Notes: a model not told the origin generated them from the letters alone. A stretch of 64,000 nucleotides of DNA from Rhynchobatus australiae (GCA_034780895.1 JAUZTB010000064.1:119291215-119355214), one strand, 5' to 3'. Numbered from the stretch's first letter, positions 1 through 11,864 are shown. Made by a program: numbers and translations.

Positions 1-85
1 CACCAGTGCTGCTTGACCAGCTGAGTGCTTCCAGCAATTTCCGTTTATGTGTTGGACTTCCAGCATCCTCCGTTTTTTGCTTCCA
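1..85 (+). mobile_element. Penelope-like element (PLE) 3' terminal fragment, cut by window edge
   Basis: tgctgcttgaccagctgagtgcttccagca...ttccagcatc resembles the recurrent terminus at 17825-17897. Confidence 0.5.
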
Positions 86-1438
86 TTGCTGATCTTACCT
101 TGCTATGCACCCATTAGCTACTTTGTTTGCACCACTTTAAAAATATATTGTTAATCATTCCTTCTCTGGTGATATCTTGTGGTCATGAAAGGCAGCATTT
201 AAATTCAATTCTTGCTTTTTACCAGCACCAGGCTCTCACCTAAGTGCTTCTGTCAGTGGAATTGAATCATGCAGTTGGACAAACTCCTTGTTGTGGCTGA
301 CGTCTTGCCACCACTATCTTGGAGAAGGTCTCTAAGACCTGATACTTGTGCAACTGACAGTTCCCTGTATTCATTACTGCATCACAAGCAGACATAACTT
401 CCTAGATCCTGGGAGACAGATATGTGTGTGCTATGGATTTGGAGTTGGCATGAATTCACTAAGGATGTCAACTTGTTCACGTGCTGTAGTGGTATTTAAA
501 GAAAAGTGATTGAGATCTCCAAGTGTTCTTTGCTTATGTTGCAACTGTATGTTAAAAATAAGAACCTTGTATCAAAGCTATTAAGGGTTGTGGCAACTGT
601 GCTCTTAAGATAATGCAGAGCTAATCAGAATTAAAGTGCCCCAGGGATTAATTTGCTGTTCTATGCAGATTCATTTGAAGGGTAGGGCTACAGAGTTGCA
701 TCCTTCATAGTACACAGAGCTGACCAAAGCAATTTTACAATTTGAATATGCAGCCATTTAGTAAAAGCTTTTACTGCCTTAAACAACATATTAAAGGAGC
801 TACATAATGCAAATTGCTGTCACTAATTTGACCCTATGCAGATCTGCAAAATTTGGATTTTAAAAATACACTGTTTTTCAATTTTTCTCCCTGTAACATG
901 GGCAGCTAATTGTTTCTCAAGGGGGTTTCAGCTTCTTAAGTTAGTGTGCATTTTTCTGGGCTTCACAGTGTCACATATAGTCCCTGAGGCATTGTTTCTT
1001 GTTCCTCCAGTTGAAAAGGGCAGATTCTGGAATCCTTTNNNNNNNNNNNNNNNNNNNNNNNNNNNNNNNNNNNNNNNNNNNNNNNNNNNNNNNNNNNNNN
1101 NNNNNNNNNNNNNNNNNNNNNNNNNNNNNNNNNNNNNNAAAAGGGCAGATTCTGGAATCCTTTAATGAAGGCAAGTTACAAAAGGAAACATTAAGGAAGC
1201 TAAATTTGATGACCTCTGGAATTGCAATGAAGAATTAACAGTTCACTGCAATATAGGCTACACTCCAACTTTTACAGCCTGTTCATTTCCGAGATTGTTC
1301 ATTGGTCAGACACTTAACTAGGCTGGTACTATGAGTGCAGACACTAGTTCAACCAGCCTGCACCCATGGAAATGGGAGATGCATTATGCTTGGAACAGGC
1401 ACTTTACAACTAAAGCCACGCTTGAGAAAATGTAAACT

Positions 1439-1653
1439 ATGACACAATATGTTAGTAACTGGGCTACCGGGTTTTCGGATGCTGCACCAGAGGCCCATGT
1501 CACAGAGGCGGACAGTAGGATGTCTACAGAAGGCCAGGAGACCATCAAACACACACCAGGAATGTAGCGAGACCAAATAGCCTTGAAGTTAATGCCATAG
1601 GTCAAGCCTTGAGGTCCAAGATGCAGCAGTGCAAGAAGATAAATGATCTCCAC
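1439..1653 (+). pseudogene. Decayed PIF/Harbinger transposon Myb/SANT-like DNA-binding gene, first exon relic
   Basis: ATG at 1439 reads MTQYVSNWATGFSDAAPEAHVTEADSR; after frameshifts it reads QKARRPS and EVNAIGQALRSKMQQCKKINDL. This fits the recalled Harbinger Myb/SANT pattern APRFSDAALE..VE...RR...EVNA....RT..QCRKK.NDL. Followed by a gap and a C/A-rich intron-like tract with an acceptor-like tttcgcttcag near 2065. Confidence 0.6.
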
Positions 1654-2269
1654 NNNNNNNNNNNNNNNNNNNNNNNNNNNNNNNNNNNNNNNNNNNNNNN
1701 NNNNNNNNNNNNNNNNNNNNNNNNNNNNNNNNNNNNNNNNNNNNNNNNNNNNNTGAAGCTAAAGGTTAATGTGCATAATCAAATGACATAAGCTACCCAT
1801 TACACCAGTAACCTTAGGCTATGCTTAGTTCACCACATCCCCATTATTAATCTACCAATAATCTCCATCATTTAGGACGCACCTAGCATTCATAAGCTCC
1901 ACCACACCCTCACATACTCAACACTCCTACAAGCGCCCCACCCATCCAACCTCCCACTCACACAAGACACTTATGATTTCTACCATACAGATGTCAGAAG
2001 CATACTTACCTTATTTCTCTCCATCACCACACCATATTCTCGCTGTTGTTCCTTTTTCGCTTCAGATACTCAAGAGCTGCAGCCTCACAGTGCAGGAAAG
2101 GCATGGAGATACTAACAATGTGCCATCTCCCATGCTTCTGCTCAAGGCATGTTCAGTTTTCAAAGACCATGGCAGAATCCAGCAACAACTTAATGCAGAG
2201 CCATGCACAGAGATTGGAGCCTATTCTTTCCAGGGAAAAGTGATAGCCAGCTCCCTGTGTACACTTGTG

Positions 2270-2810
2270 GACACAAGAAATGAGAAACGGAGTAGGTCAT
2301 TTGGCCCCTTGAGCCTGCTCCACTTTTCAATAAGTTCATGGCCGATCTTCTCCCTCAGGCACTGTGTTCCTGCCCAATCCCCATGTCCTTTGATGCATTT
2401 AATATCCAGAAATATCACAATTTTTGCTTTGAATGTAGAATGATTGAGCCTCCATAGCCCTCTTGGTAGAGAATTCCAAAGACTGACCACCCTCTATGAG
2501 TGAAGAACTTTCTCCTCATCTCAGTCTGAATGGCCTGCTCCCTATTTTCTAGACAAGTTCTAGGCTCCCTAGCCAGAGGAGATATTCTTCCTGCACCAAG
2601 AAAATGATATGTTTCAATGAGGTCACCTCTCATTCTTCTACATACAAAAGAACAGAGACCCAGCCTTCCTAATCTCTTCCCATGTATCAGATCAGCCATC
2701 TGGGAACCAGACTGGTGAATCTTTGCTGCACTCCCCCTAAAGAAGTTATGTCCTTTGTTTTGGGAAGGAGATTGTAATATTCCAGGTGTTGTTTCATCTA
2801 GACCTGACAT
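2270..2810 (-). mobile_element. CR1-type LINE 3' end (HER1-like); host of the nested insertion at 2811-6250
   Basis: Minus ORF 2415..2810 contains RLGRLGLCSFVCRRMRGDLIETY (CR1 ORF2 C-terminal motif LGLFSLE.RRLRGDLIE.YK), with a typical 3' UTR towards 2270. Confidence 0.8.
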
Positions 2811-4720
2811 ATTTTTTATTCATTCTTGGGATCTGGGTATATCCAGCAAGGCTAACATTTATTATTTTTTACCTCTTAATTGCCCTTAAGAAGGTGATAG
2901 TGAGTCACCTTCTTAAACCACTGCAGTTATTCTGTAAAGTACTCCTACAGTTCTGTTGGGCAAGCAGTTCCAGGATTAATACCCAACGACAATGAAGAAG
3001 AAGTAATATATTCCCATGCCAGGCTTTGCCACTTTGGAGGGGAGCTTCCAGGTGGTGGTGTTCCATGTGTTTGCTGCCTTTGCCCTTCTTGGTGGTAGAG
3101 ATCACAGGTTTTGGAGGTGCCAGGACAAATAACCACAGTGCATTTTATAGACGGTACACACTGCAGCCATTGTGTGCCAGCGGTGAAGGCTATGAATGCT
3201 TAAGGTGATTGTTGGGGTGCCACTCATGTGGGCTGCTTTGGCGTGGATGTTGTTGAGCTTCACTTATCTAGCTAAGTGGAGAGTATTCCATCACACACCT
3301 GACGTGTGCCTTGTAGATGGTGGAAAGGCCCCAGGGTGTCAGGAGCTGAGTCACTCATCACCGAATACCAAGCCTCTGATCTGCTCTTGTAGCTATGGTA
3401 TTCAGGTGGCTGGTCCAACTGAGTTTCCAATCAATGGTGACCCCCCAGGATATTGATGGTTGGGAATCCGGTGATAGTAATGTCATTGAGTGTCAAGGGT
3501 AAGTGGTTAGATTGTCTCTTGCTGCACTATTCATTGCCTTGCACTTTTGTGGTGTGAATGTTACTTGTCACTTATCAGTCCATGTCTGAATGTCGTCTAG
3601 GTTATGCTGAATACAGACATGAGTTACTTCATTGGCTGAGGAGTTACAAATGGAACTTAACATTGCACAACCATCAGCAAACATCCCCACCCCCGATATA
3701 GTGATGGAAGGAAGATCATTGATGAAAGAGCTAAAGGTGGCTGGGTCTAGGACACTGTCCTCGGGCTGGGCTGATTGACCTCAGCAACCACAACCATTTT
3801 TCTTTGTGTGAGATATGACTTCAGCCATTGAACGGTTTTCCCCTTGATGCCCATTGACTCTAGTTTCACTGAGGAACCTTGGTGATTACAAGGTAAATTA
3901 CAACATCTGTATCTACCCAAACCTTGGAAAATTGTCCAGGTATGTCCCGTTCACAAAAAGCTGGTAAAATTCAATCCAGCTAATTACCATCCAATCAGTC
4001 CACTCTCTGCAAAGTGAAGGAAAATGTTGTCAACAATGAAATCAGAGCACTTACTTACCAATAACCTGCCCACTGATGCACAATTTGGGTTTCGCCAGGA
4101 CCACTCCGCCCCAGGCCCCATCACAACCTTGACGCAAAAATGGATCAAAGAGCTGAACTCCAGAGGCAAGTGAGACTGTTGCTCTTGTCCTCATCCTTGC
4201 ACTTGACTGAGTGCAGCACCAAGGAGCCTCAGTGAAACTAGAGTCAATGGGCATCAAGGGGAAAACCGTTCAATGGCTGAAGTCATATCTCACACNNNNN
4301 NNNNNNNNNNNNNNNNNNNNNNNNNNNNNNNNNNNNNNNNNNNNNNNNNNNNNNNNNNNNNNNNNNNNNNNNNNNNNNNNNNNNNNNNNNNNNNNNNNNN
4401 NNNNNNNNNNNNNNNNNNNNNNNNNNNNNNNNNNNNNNNNNNNNNNNNNNNNNNNNNNNNNNNNNNNNNNNNNNNNNNNNNNNNNNNNNNNNNNNNNNNN
4501 NNNNNNNNNNNNNNNNNNNNNNNNNNNNNNNNNNNNNNNNNNNNNNNNNNNNNNNNNNNNNNNNNNNNNNNNNNNNNNNNNNNNNNNNNNNNNNNNNNNN
4601 NNNNNNNNNNNNNNNNNNNNNNNNNNNNNNNNNNNNNNNNNNNNNNNNNNNNNNNNNNNNNNNNNNNNNNNNNNNNNNNNNNNNNNNNNNNNNNNNNNNN
4701 NNNNNNNNNNNNNNNNNNNN

Positions 4721-4795
4721 TGCAGTGCAGGCAGACAATAAGGTGCAAGGCCATGACAAGGTAGATTGTGAGGTCAAGAGTCCATCTTATTGTAC
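4721..4795 (-). mobile_element. Rex1/Babar-type LINE 3' UTR fragment, truncated by gap
   Basis: tgcagtgcaggcagacaataaggtgcaaggccatgacaaggtagattgtgaggtcaagagtccatctta is nearly identical to 62852-62921. Confidence 0.75.
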
Positions 4796-6029
4796 AATGA
4801 TAAGTGCTTAGTTAATCAGCTAATTAGTGCTTATTTCACAGTGCTTTGCTCTCTCTATTGTACTGTCTTTTTTATTTAGCATATAAGTATTATTTTATTA
4901 CAGCTTCACTCTGCTGGCACCACTACATCATTTTTAGGTATGCCTGCTCCTGCTCCTGGCATGCTCTTTATATTCCTCATTGAACCAGATTTGGTCACCA
5001 CCCTTAATAGTAAAGGTAGACTGTGGGATATTCCAAGCCATGAGGTTACTGATTGCGGTAGTGCACATTTCTGCTGCTGATGGTCCATACTACCTTATGG
5101 ATGTCCAATTCTGAGCTGCCAGGTTTGTTTTGTGATGATTCATTTTGCATATCTATAATTCCACAGAACACAGTGGAGGGTAGGCTCGGTGTGAAGAAAG
5201 GACTTTGTCTCCAGAGAGGCTGAGCAGTGGTCACTTCTATCATGGGAAGATACATGGTGAGGACGAGGTCAGGTAAGTTTCTCCCTCGTGTTAGTTTACT
5301 TGTTACTTTCAGCAAATGTTATTCTGGCAGCATTATCATTGAGGACTTGATCAGTTCAGTCTGCAATGTGTTACCAAGTCACTCCTGGTGAAGAACAATG
5401 AAGTCCACCATCCATATGTTTTGGTTCCTTTTAAATTTCAATGTCTCCTCCAAGTGTTGTTCAACATAGAGGAGCATTGATTCATCAGCTGAAGGAAGAT
5501 GGTAGGTGATAATCAGAAGGAGATCTTCTTGCCCATATTTGGACAGATGCGATGAGGCTTCATGGGGCCTGGAGTTGAGGGTAAGGATTCCAAGGGCTGC
5601 ATCTACATCACTGTGGCACCACGTCTGGTAGGCCTGTCCTGCTGGTAGAACAAGATTGTGGTGGAGTAGTCTGGCATGTTGTCTGTTAGATATGATTCTG
5701 TGAGTATGGCTATGTCAGGTCGTCGCTTGAATTGTCTATGGGACAGCCCTCCCAGTTTAGACATCAATTCCCAGACATTGGTGAGGAGGACTTTGTGATG
5801 TTAACAGGGTCCTTTGTCAATGTTAGGCGGTCAGTCCAGTTTTATTCCTTCTCTATTTAGAAGTAGCAGCACTGGTACAACTGAGTGGCTTGCTGGACCA
5901 GTTCAGAAGGCATTTTAGAATCAGCCACATGGGGCAAGGTGGGCCTACCTGGGTAAGGATAACAGACTTCCTCCCCTGAAGGGCGTACGTGAACCAGATG
6001 GGTTTTTACAGCCATCTGGTTGTGTCCTT

Positions 6030-6128
6030 GGTCAAAGTCAAAGTTGAGTTTATTGTCATATGCATAGGTGCAATGAAAAACTTATTTGCAGCAACATCAC
6101 AGGCACAGCATTAGAGACACAACATTAC
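6030..6128 (-). mobile_element. Short retroposon 3' tail (Rex1-like) inserted in the 5' part of the LINE
   Basis: gtcaaagtcaaagttgagtttattgtca...gtgcaatgaaaaactt: short terminal repeat plus tgacaataaac tail on minus, like the other Rex-type tails. Confidence 0.5.
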
Positions 6129-6250
6129 TCAGACTAGTTGATGTTTTCTTCCCCTACAGTTGCTGTGGTGGGATTTGAACTCAGGTCTTTGCATTGTTGG
6201 TCTGGGTCTCTGGACTAGTAGTCTGGTAACTTAACCACTGCACCACCACC

Positions 6251-6387
6251 TAATTAGAATAATACACCTTTACTCTTGCCTTCCTAAATGCTTGCTGGAG
6301 TTTCATTTTAGTTTTCAGTGACTTCTGAACAAGGACACCCAAGTCTCTTTGAACATCAACACCACCCATTCTTTCACATTTAAAAAC
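6251..6387 (-). mobile_element. Continuation of the CR1 interrupted at 2810
   Basis: aacaaggacacccaagtctctttg corresponds to the CR1 QRDLGVLV motif on minus, and resumes where the 2270-2810 piece stops. Confidence 0.6.
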
Positions 6388-6819
6388 ACGATGTGTGGAC
6401 CCCTTTGCAGTGTGTACTGTTAGTCAGTGGGCAATGATCTTATTAGACACTCAGCACCAACAGACATCATGCACCAGTTAAGGGTTTTGGGGTTGACTCA
6501 GTCCTTTATTCGCTTGAGATGAGGCTTCTAATTGTGGCGTATTGAAGATCAGGAGGGTTTTGAAGAGCCACAATCATTGGTTGTGAAGGAAAAGACCTCT
6601 GCCAAATGCTCACAGTCAAGTGAAGACATGAAGTTTAGGAGGGAGTGCAGAGTAGGAGGCAGGATGGCTCCAAGTAGGGATGTTTAGTGCATCAGGAGGA
6701 AATGGGAGAGTGGTGGTATGGCAATAGTGAGGGGGAGATTGGCAAGCAAAGTGGGACAGAAAATGTAAACAGAAGGATGTAGCACAGAGCAGATCCAGAG
6801 TTAGTAAAAACTGTACAAA

Positions 6820-9040
6820 ATTAAAGCGTAATGGTCTTTATTTGAATATATGTAGCACTTGTATGAAGATAGGTGGGTTGACAGCACAGATAACAACATA
6901 TGAATATGATCTAATAGAATATGGAGACATGGATGCAGGGTGACCAGGACTGGGTGCTCAATATTCCAGTTACCCGATTGTCCAAAACAGGCCAAGGAGG
7001 AAAAGAGGTGGGGTAGCGTTGTTGATCAAGGAAGGTTTCAGAGTGATGTTGAGTTGTGATATAGAGACAGTGGATAGTAATACAGAATTGGTTTGGGTTC
7101 AAATCATGAATAGCAGGGGAAAAAAGACCTGGGTGGGAATGGTCTATAGCTTCCAAAATGTGTCCTCTTGATAGGGCGCAGTATAAATGGGGAAATATTG
7201 AGGGCATGTTTGAAGTGAACAGCAGTTGCCATGAGAGATGGTAATCTACATATTGATTAGATGAACCAATCTGGCAAGGGTATCATAAAAGAAGAATATG
7301 TGGAATTCATCAGGGATTACTTCCGAGAACACTTTGTTAAAGAACTCAGGAACAAGTTAACTTAGATTTGGTCATGAGTAATGAGTAAGAATTAATAAGA
7401 GATCTCGTGGTTAAAGATCCCCTAGGAGGTAGTGACCACAATATGATAGAATTCCAGATGAAGCTTGAGGGTGAACATCATCCAGATGAAGCTTGAGGGT
7501 GAACATCAGAGGACCATAACCACTGTACTCAAGTTAAATATGTCACTTATAATGTTTTGAAGATGGAGTTGTTTAAGGGGGACTGGGAAAATAAGCTAGG
7601 AGGCAGGTCAGTAGGTGAACATTCAAAGAGCCAGTCCATGACACTCAGCAGGAGCTTATCCCAATTAGAAGAGGTGTTCTATGATAAAGAGGCACAATCC
7701 CCGGGGGTTATGGTAAACTAAGGAGATCAAAGATAATGTTAAATTGAAAAGTAGGGCATATAAAATGGGAAGAGCTGGTGACAGACCAGAGGACCAGAAA
7801 GATTTTATGATCCAGCAGCGAAAGACAAAGAAAACTCATAAAAAAGGAGAATATTTCCTAATCATTTAGGAAAGCTGAATTTAATCAAACATAGTCAACA
7901 TAGTTTTATGAAAGGTAAATCATATTCGACAAATCTACTCAAATTCTTTGAGGGTGCGACAGGGAGAGTGGATAGAGGGGAACCTGTAGATGTAGTGTAT
8001 TTAGATTTCCAAAAAGCACTTGACAAGCTGCCACATTAGGGGCTGGCATAAGGTATTGGAGGAAGTATGTTTGCATGGATTGGAAAGTGGCTCTCACATA
8101 TAAAGCAGACAGTTGAAATAAATGGGTCCTGTTCAGCCTTGAGGGATGTAGTGTAGTACCCTAGGGATTGATTCATGGCCCTCAGTTGTTTAGTATTTAC
8201 ATTAATGATCTTGAGGCGGGAATTAACTGTAAGGTTTCCAACTCTGCTGATGATATGAATGTAGGTGGAAGGGCATGTTGTGATGAAGACCTTGTGATTC
8301 TGCAATGGGATATAGATAGATTGTATGATTGGGCAAAAACCTGGAAATTGGAGTTTAATGTGGTGAAGTATGAGGTCATTTGCAGGGTATGAGGCAAATG
8401 GCATGTTGGCATTTATTGCTAAGTGGTTGGTATTTAATAATAGGGAGGTTTTATTACAGTTGTGCACAGTGTTGGTGAGGCCACACCTGGAATACTCTGC
8501 ACAGTTTTTGTCCCCTTGCCCAAAAAATTGATATAGGAAAATTGGAGGCAGTCCTTAGGAGATTCACCAGGCTAATTCCTGGGATGAGAAGGTTGTTTTA
8601 TCAAGAGAGGCTGGACAGTTTGGGTTCATAATCCTTGGAGTTTAGAAGAAATGTGGGGTGACCTTATTTCAACATATAAGATCCTAAAAGGGCTTGACAG
8701 AGTAGATATTGAGATATTTCTACTAGTAGGAGAGTTATGAACAAGGGGGCATAGCTGCACAATAAGCGGCCAGTCATTTAAAACTGAGGTATTTCTTTTC
8801 TCAGGGGTTAGTGAATCTCTGGGATTCTCTGCCCCTGAGGGTAATGGATGCAGATCATTGGATATACTTAAGGTGGACATATATAAATTTTTGAACAATT
8901 GAGGAATTGAGGGTTATGGGGAACTGGTACAGAAGAGGAGTTGAGGCCAGCATTGATCAGCCATGATCATATTGTATAGCGGGGCAGACTTGAGGGGTCT
9001 GGTGGCCTAGCCTTTCTCCGACTTTCTTCCGTTCTTGTGT
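6820..9040 (+). mobile_element. CR1 LINE ORF2 (endonuclease + RT) and 3' UTR, decayed with internal deletions
   Basis: PLGGSDHNMIEF near 7420-7455; DVVYLDFQKALDKLPH near 7990-8036; GPQLFSIYINDL...VSNSADDMNVGG (ORF 8168..8392); LVRPHLEY near 8470; 3' tail to about 9040. Confidence 0.85.
7453..7508. repeat. Perfect 28-bp tandem duplication within CR1
   Basis: tccagatgaagcttgagggtgaacatca x2 (7453-7480, 7481-7508). Confidence 0.95.
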
Positions 9041-9042
9041 TC

Positions 9043-9500
9043 AGAAGAGATTTACTAAAATGATTCCAGGGATGAGGATCATCAGTTATGTTGATAGATT
9101 GAAGGAGCTGGCATGTGTCGACCTTGGAAGAGAAACGGTTGTGAGGAGATCTAATGAAGGTTTTTAAAATCATGAGAGTTCTAGTAGATGGAAAGAAACC
9201 ATTCCCATTGACAGAGGGGTCAGGAACAATGAGAAGTTAGGTAGTAAAAGAACCAAAAACAACATAAGAAAAAATGTTCTATGCAGTGAGTAATTTGGAT
9301 TTAGAATGCACTACTGGAAATCGTAGGAGAGGCAGATTCAGCTGTAGACTTCAAAAGGAAACGGAATAAATATCAGAAAAGAAAGAATTTGCAGGGCAAT
9401 AAAGGCAGGGGTGTGGGACTATCTGGATTGCTTTTAATGAGAGATAGTATGGTCTCAATGGACTGAATTGCCTCCTTGTCTGGTAATAACTATTCTGTGA
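9043..9500 (+). mobile_element. Second CR1 3' fragment (different subfamily)
   Basis: agagatttactaaaatgattccagggatgagg (RRFTRMIPGM-like), ggagatctaatgaaggtttttaaaatcatg (GDL.EVFKIM-like) and a CR1 tail. Confidence 0.7.
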
Positions 9501-9539
9501 TACCTCCTTATTACATGAGCAGCAGCCAAAAGATATCTG

Positions 9540-9990
9540 AGTTCTGCAGTGGAAGTTGATGTTGCAAACTCAGTTTGCTGCCATTATCATTGTGCATAAC
9601 AGTGCATAAAGGCACTGACAGCCCAAGTATCTGTTCCCTAACAGATAATGAGCATTGCTGAGACACCTCCCCGGGGGAGTGGCTGTTGCTGTGTGGGGCA
9701 CAAACCTGCCAAATTCTCACTGCAAGACAGCATTTGTTCTCCCATCTCTCCCACTCTGGCAGTGCCCACATTGTTGTTTGAGAGCCAGATAGCTTGGATT
9801 GCTGTTGCCTTTGCCAAAATGATTCAATCTGCGGTAGGCTCAGAGCCACTCATGCTTGTTGTCCCAAGCCACCTTGAATCTGCCCTTGTGAAAGTTAACA
9901 GCCTCGGCCAACCACGTTGGTGCGCACTGGTGGAGTGGCACTGCACGACGGTGCTTGCGCACATAAAGACATTGGTTGGCAGTGAGGAAT
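9540..9990 (+). mobile_element. Possible downstream part of the Harbinger Myb/SANT gene relic
   Basis: Non-LINE sequence right after the LINE cluster; resembles, from memory only, the low-complexity last exon of elasmobranch Harbinger DNA-binding genes. Confidence 0.3.
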
Positions 9991-11623
9991 GTGCAGTGGT
10001 GATTAATGGACCTTCTGTGAAATAGGGCACGATGTCATTTGGTTTGTAATGTTTATTTTGTGGCGGCTTTTCTTTTTGCATTGCAGTCCATTGGATGCTA
10101 TTATTGTCAGTGACAGAATGGGACAGTTGAGGAGGGGATATCAAGGCCTTGGTTATTGGAATCACACAAATGTGCTCATCACTAAGCAGCCTGATTGAAC
10201 AGGTATTTGGGTTGGTTCTTCTTCCCCCCCTCTCCCCAGCTCCACTTCCTCCATTTCTATCCTTCTCTGTTCCATGGCTCTTGGTTATCTGGCTGGTGAC
10301 AAAATCTAAGCCCTCACGATAACATTGTGCAGCATAAAGCAGAGCGCCGCCATTCTTCACACATGCTCTGCCCCGTGCTTCTGTATTCCTCCAGAGCAGT
10401 CTGGGAAATGGAAGCATTCCCTCAACATACCAGTGATCTTATCAAATACTATGAGGCAGCAGGCGTTTTATTGTAAGCCTGTTGCAATTGGGTTGCAGGC
10501 TTGATTTATCATCCATTTTATTCGGCAGATTGCTCCTGTTGGCCAGTCGCCAACCTTTGGATTGCCAAGATGGCTCAGATGCAGTTGGCACAGCAGACTG
10601 CAGCAGAGTTACAGCATCGTGACTGTCACCAGGAAACTGGGCATCGACCTAGATTGATTTGCTGCCCATGGCTGTACATCCAATAGACATTGAGGGAGTG
10701 GAAATATTTTTGGTTTCAATATAGGATGGAATTGATATGCGCATAGGGTCAGTGGAATTTGGCAAACTGAAGCAGCCTGCAATCCTCACATTGCCTGCTG
10801 GTCGATCTCCTGTGAGAGAGAATGAATCAGGAGAAAGAGTGAGTACCCTTAACCAACATTAGATGGCAGTCCTTCCAAGGTCGGCTTATCCAATATCACA
10901 GTTTTACCATTTATCTAATTTATCCCCTCTTGTCTCTTTGTCTAGACAAATATCTTTTTGACAAGAATAGTGTGTAAACACAGAAAAATAATCTGGTGAA
11001 AATTTCCCTCATGATAGTTGGACAGGATCCTAAATTTCCCCATTTTGCTTTGTATATGGTATTCTTTAGCCATACAAATCGAAGAAATCTTTTTCTCCTA
11101 AGTGTTCCTATCCTTGCAATACCTGATGTGAGGGTAGAGTCACAGAGTGCTAAATGGTGAGCAGTACCAGTGAGTTACACACAGCTACATCATGTTGTTA
11201 TTTGCAACACTACTGGGAAGCTCACCCTGCAAGTTGTTGCACTTGCAATGTTGACAAACGGTTTCAAGCAGTTGTAAGTACACTGACCCACACTCAAAAG
11301 GAAAGCTGTTTGGCTGTTTCAAGATGCAGGCATGGTCTTAGTTCTGTTGTTCAGTAGGTTAAAATGTGGGATATGCATGAATGGGCCATGGGACATCCTC
11401 ATTGTTTCAAATGCACCTATTCAAACCAATTAGAAAAATAATAACCACAGTAATTTCATTTTAAAGACTAATTATTTTATTTACAAGTCAATGAAGTAGA
11501 AATGGGGAGATGATTTCTACTAAAAATAAGTTGTAAAATACTGTGTGCTGGAAAGGAACTGCACTTAGAATAACGGTGCAGTTAATATGCATTTGGTCTT
11601 CAGAATGATGAGATTTTCAAGAC

Positions 11624-11781
11624 ACAAGATGCTGGAAGAACTCAGTGGGTCAGGCAGCATCTATAAAGGAAAATGGACAATTAACGTTTTGGGTCGAGAC
11701 CCTTCATCTGGACTGAAACGTCGACACTCCATTTCCCTCCATAGATGCTGCCTGAACCATTGAGTTCCTTCAGCATCTTGT
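11624..11781. mobile_element. PLE-derived hairpin: two 3' termini in inverted, tails-outward orientation with hammerhead-like core
   Basis: Left arm acaagatgctggaagaactcagtgggtcaggcagcatctat is the approximate reverse complement of right arm atagatgctgcctgaaccattgagttccttcagcatcttgt. The centre has minus-strand CAGATGAAgggtctcgaccc and plus-strand GAAACGTCGAC. Confidence 0.75.
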
Positions 11782-11864
11782 TCGTTGTTCTTAATACAAT
11801 AGCTTAACGTGACAAAGACAGTCACAAACATTTAAGAAAACTGCTTAAAATAAAAGTATTAAGA

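Larger units (their letters stand above)
2811..6250 (-). mobile_element. Near full-length decayed L2/CR1-group LINE with APE endonuclease, RT remnants and tRNA-like 5' head
   Basis: 3' tail at 2811-2930. RT motifs WKIVQVCPVHKK, NPANYHPIS, AQFGFRQDHSAP, HQGASVKLESMGIKGKTVQWLKSYL (in the inverted segment 3885-4295). Endonuclease motif TRGRNLPDLVLT in minus ORF 5046..5315. A-box/B-box-like head at 6171-6245. Confidence 0.7.

Noticed and set aside
1014-1163. 25-bp direct repeat aaaagggcagattctggaatccttt on both sides of a 100-N gap
   Set aside because: Typical unmerged contig overlap; assembly artefact rather than a TSD or CRISPR-like repeat.
4211-4777. Long ORFs in the track here and at 48099-49202 and 55723-56136
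   Set aside because: They are open only because they run through N gaps or the (TG)n repeat.
6171-6245. Possible tRNA gene (also SINE heads near 17300-17358, 22780-22842, 41143-41185)
   Set aside because: A/B boxes are present but no full cloverleaf; they continue into retroposon bodies.
9824-10417. 197-aa minus-strand ORF, among the longest gap-free ORFs
   Set aside because: No recognisable domain, no true ATG start or convincing splice context; length is compatible with chance.
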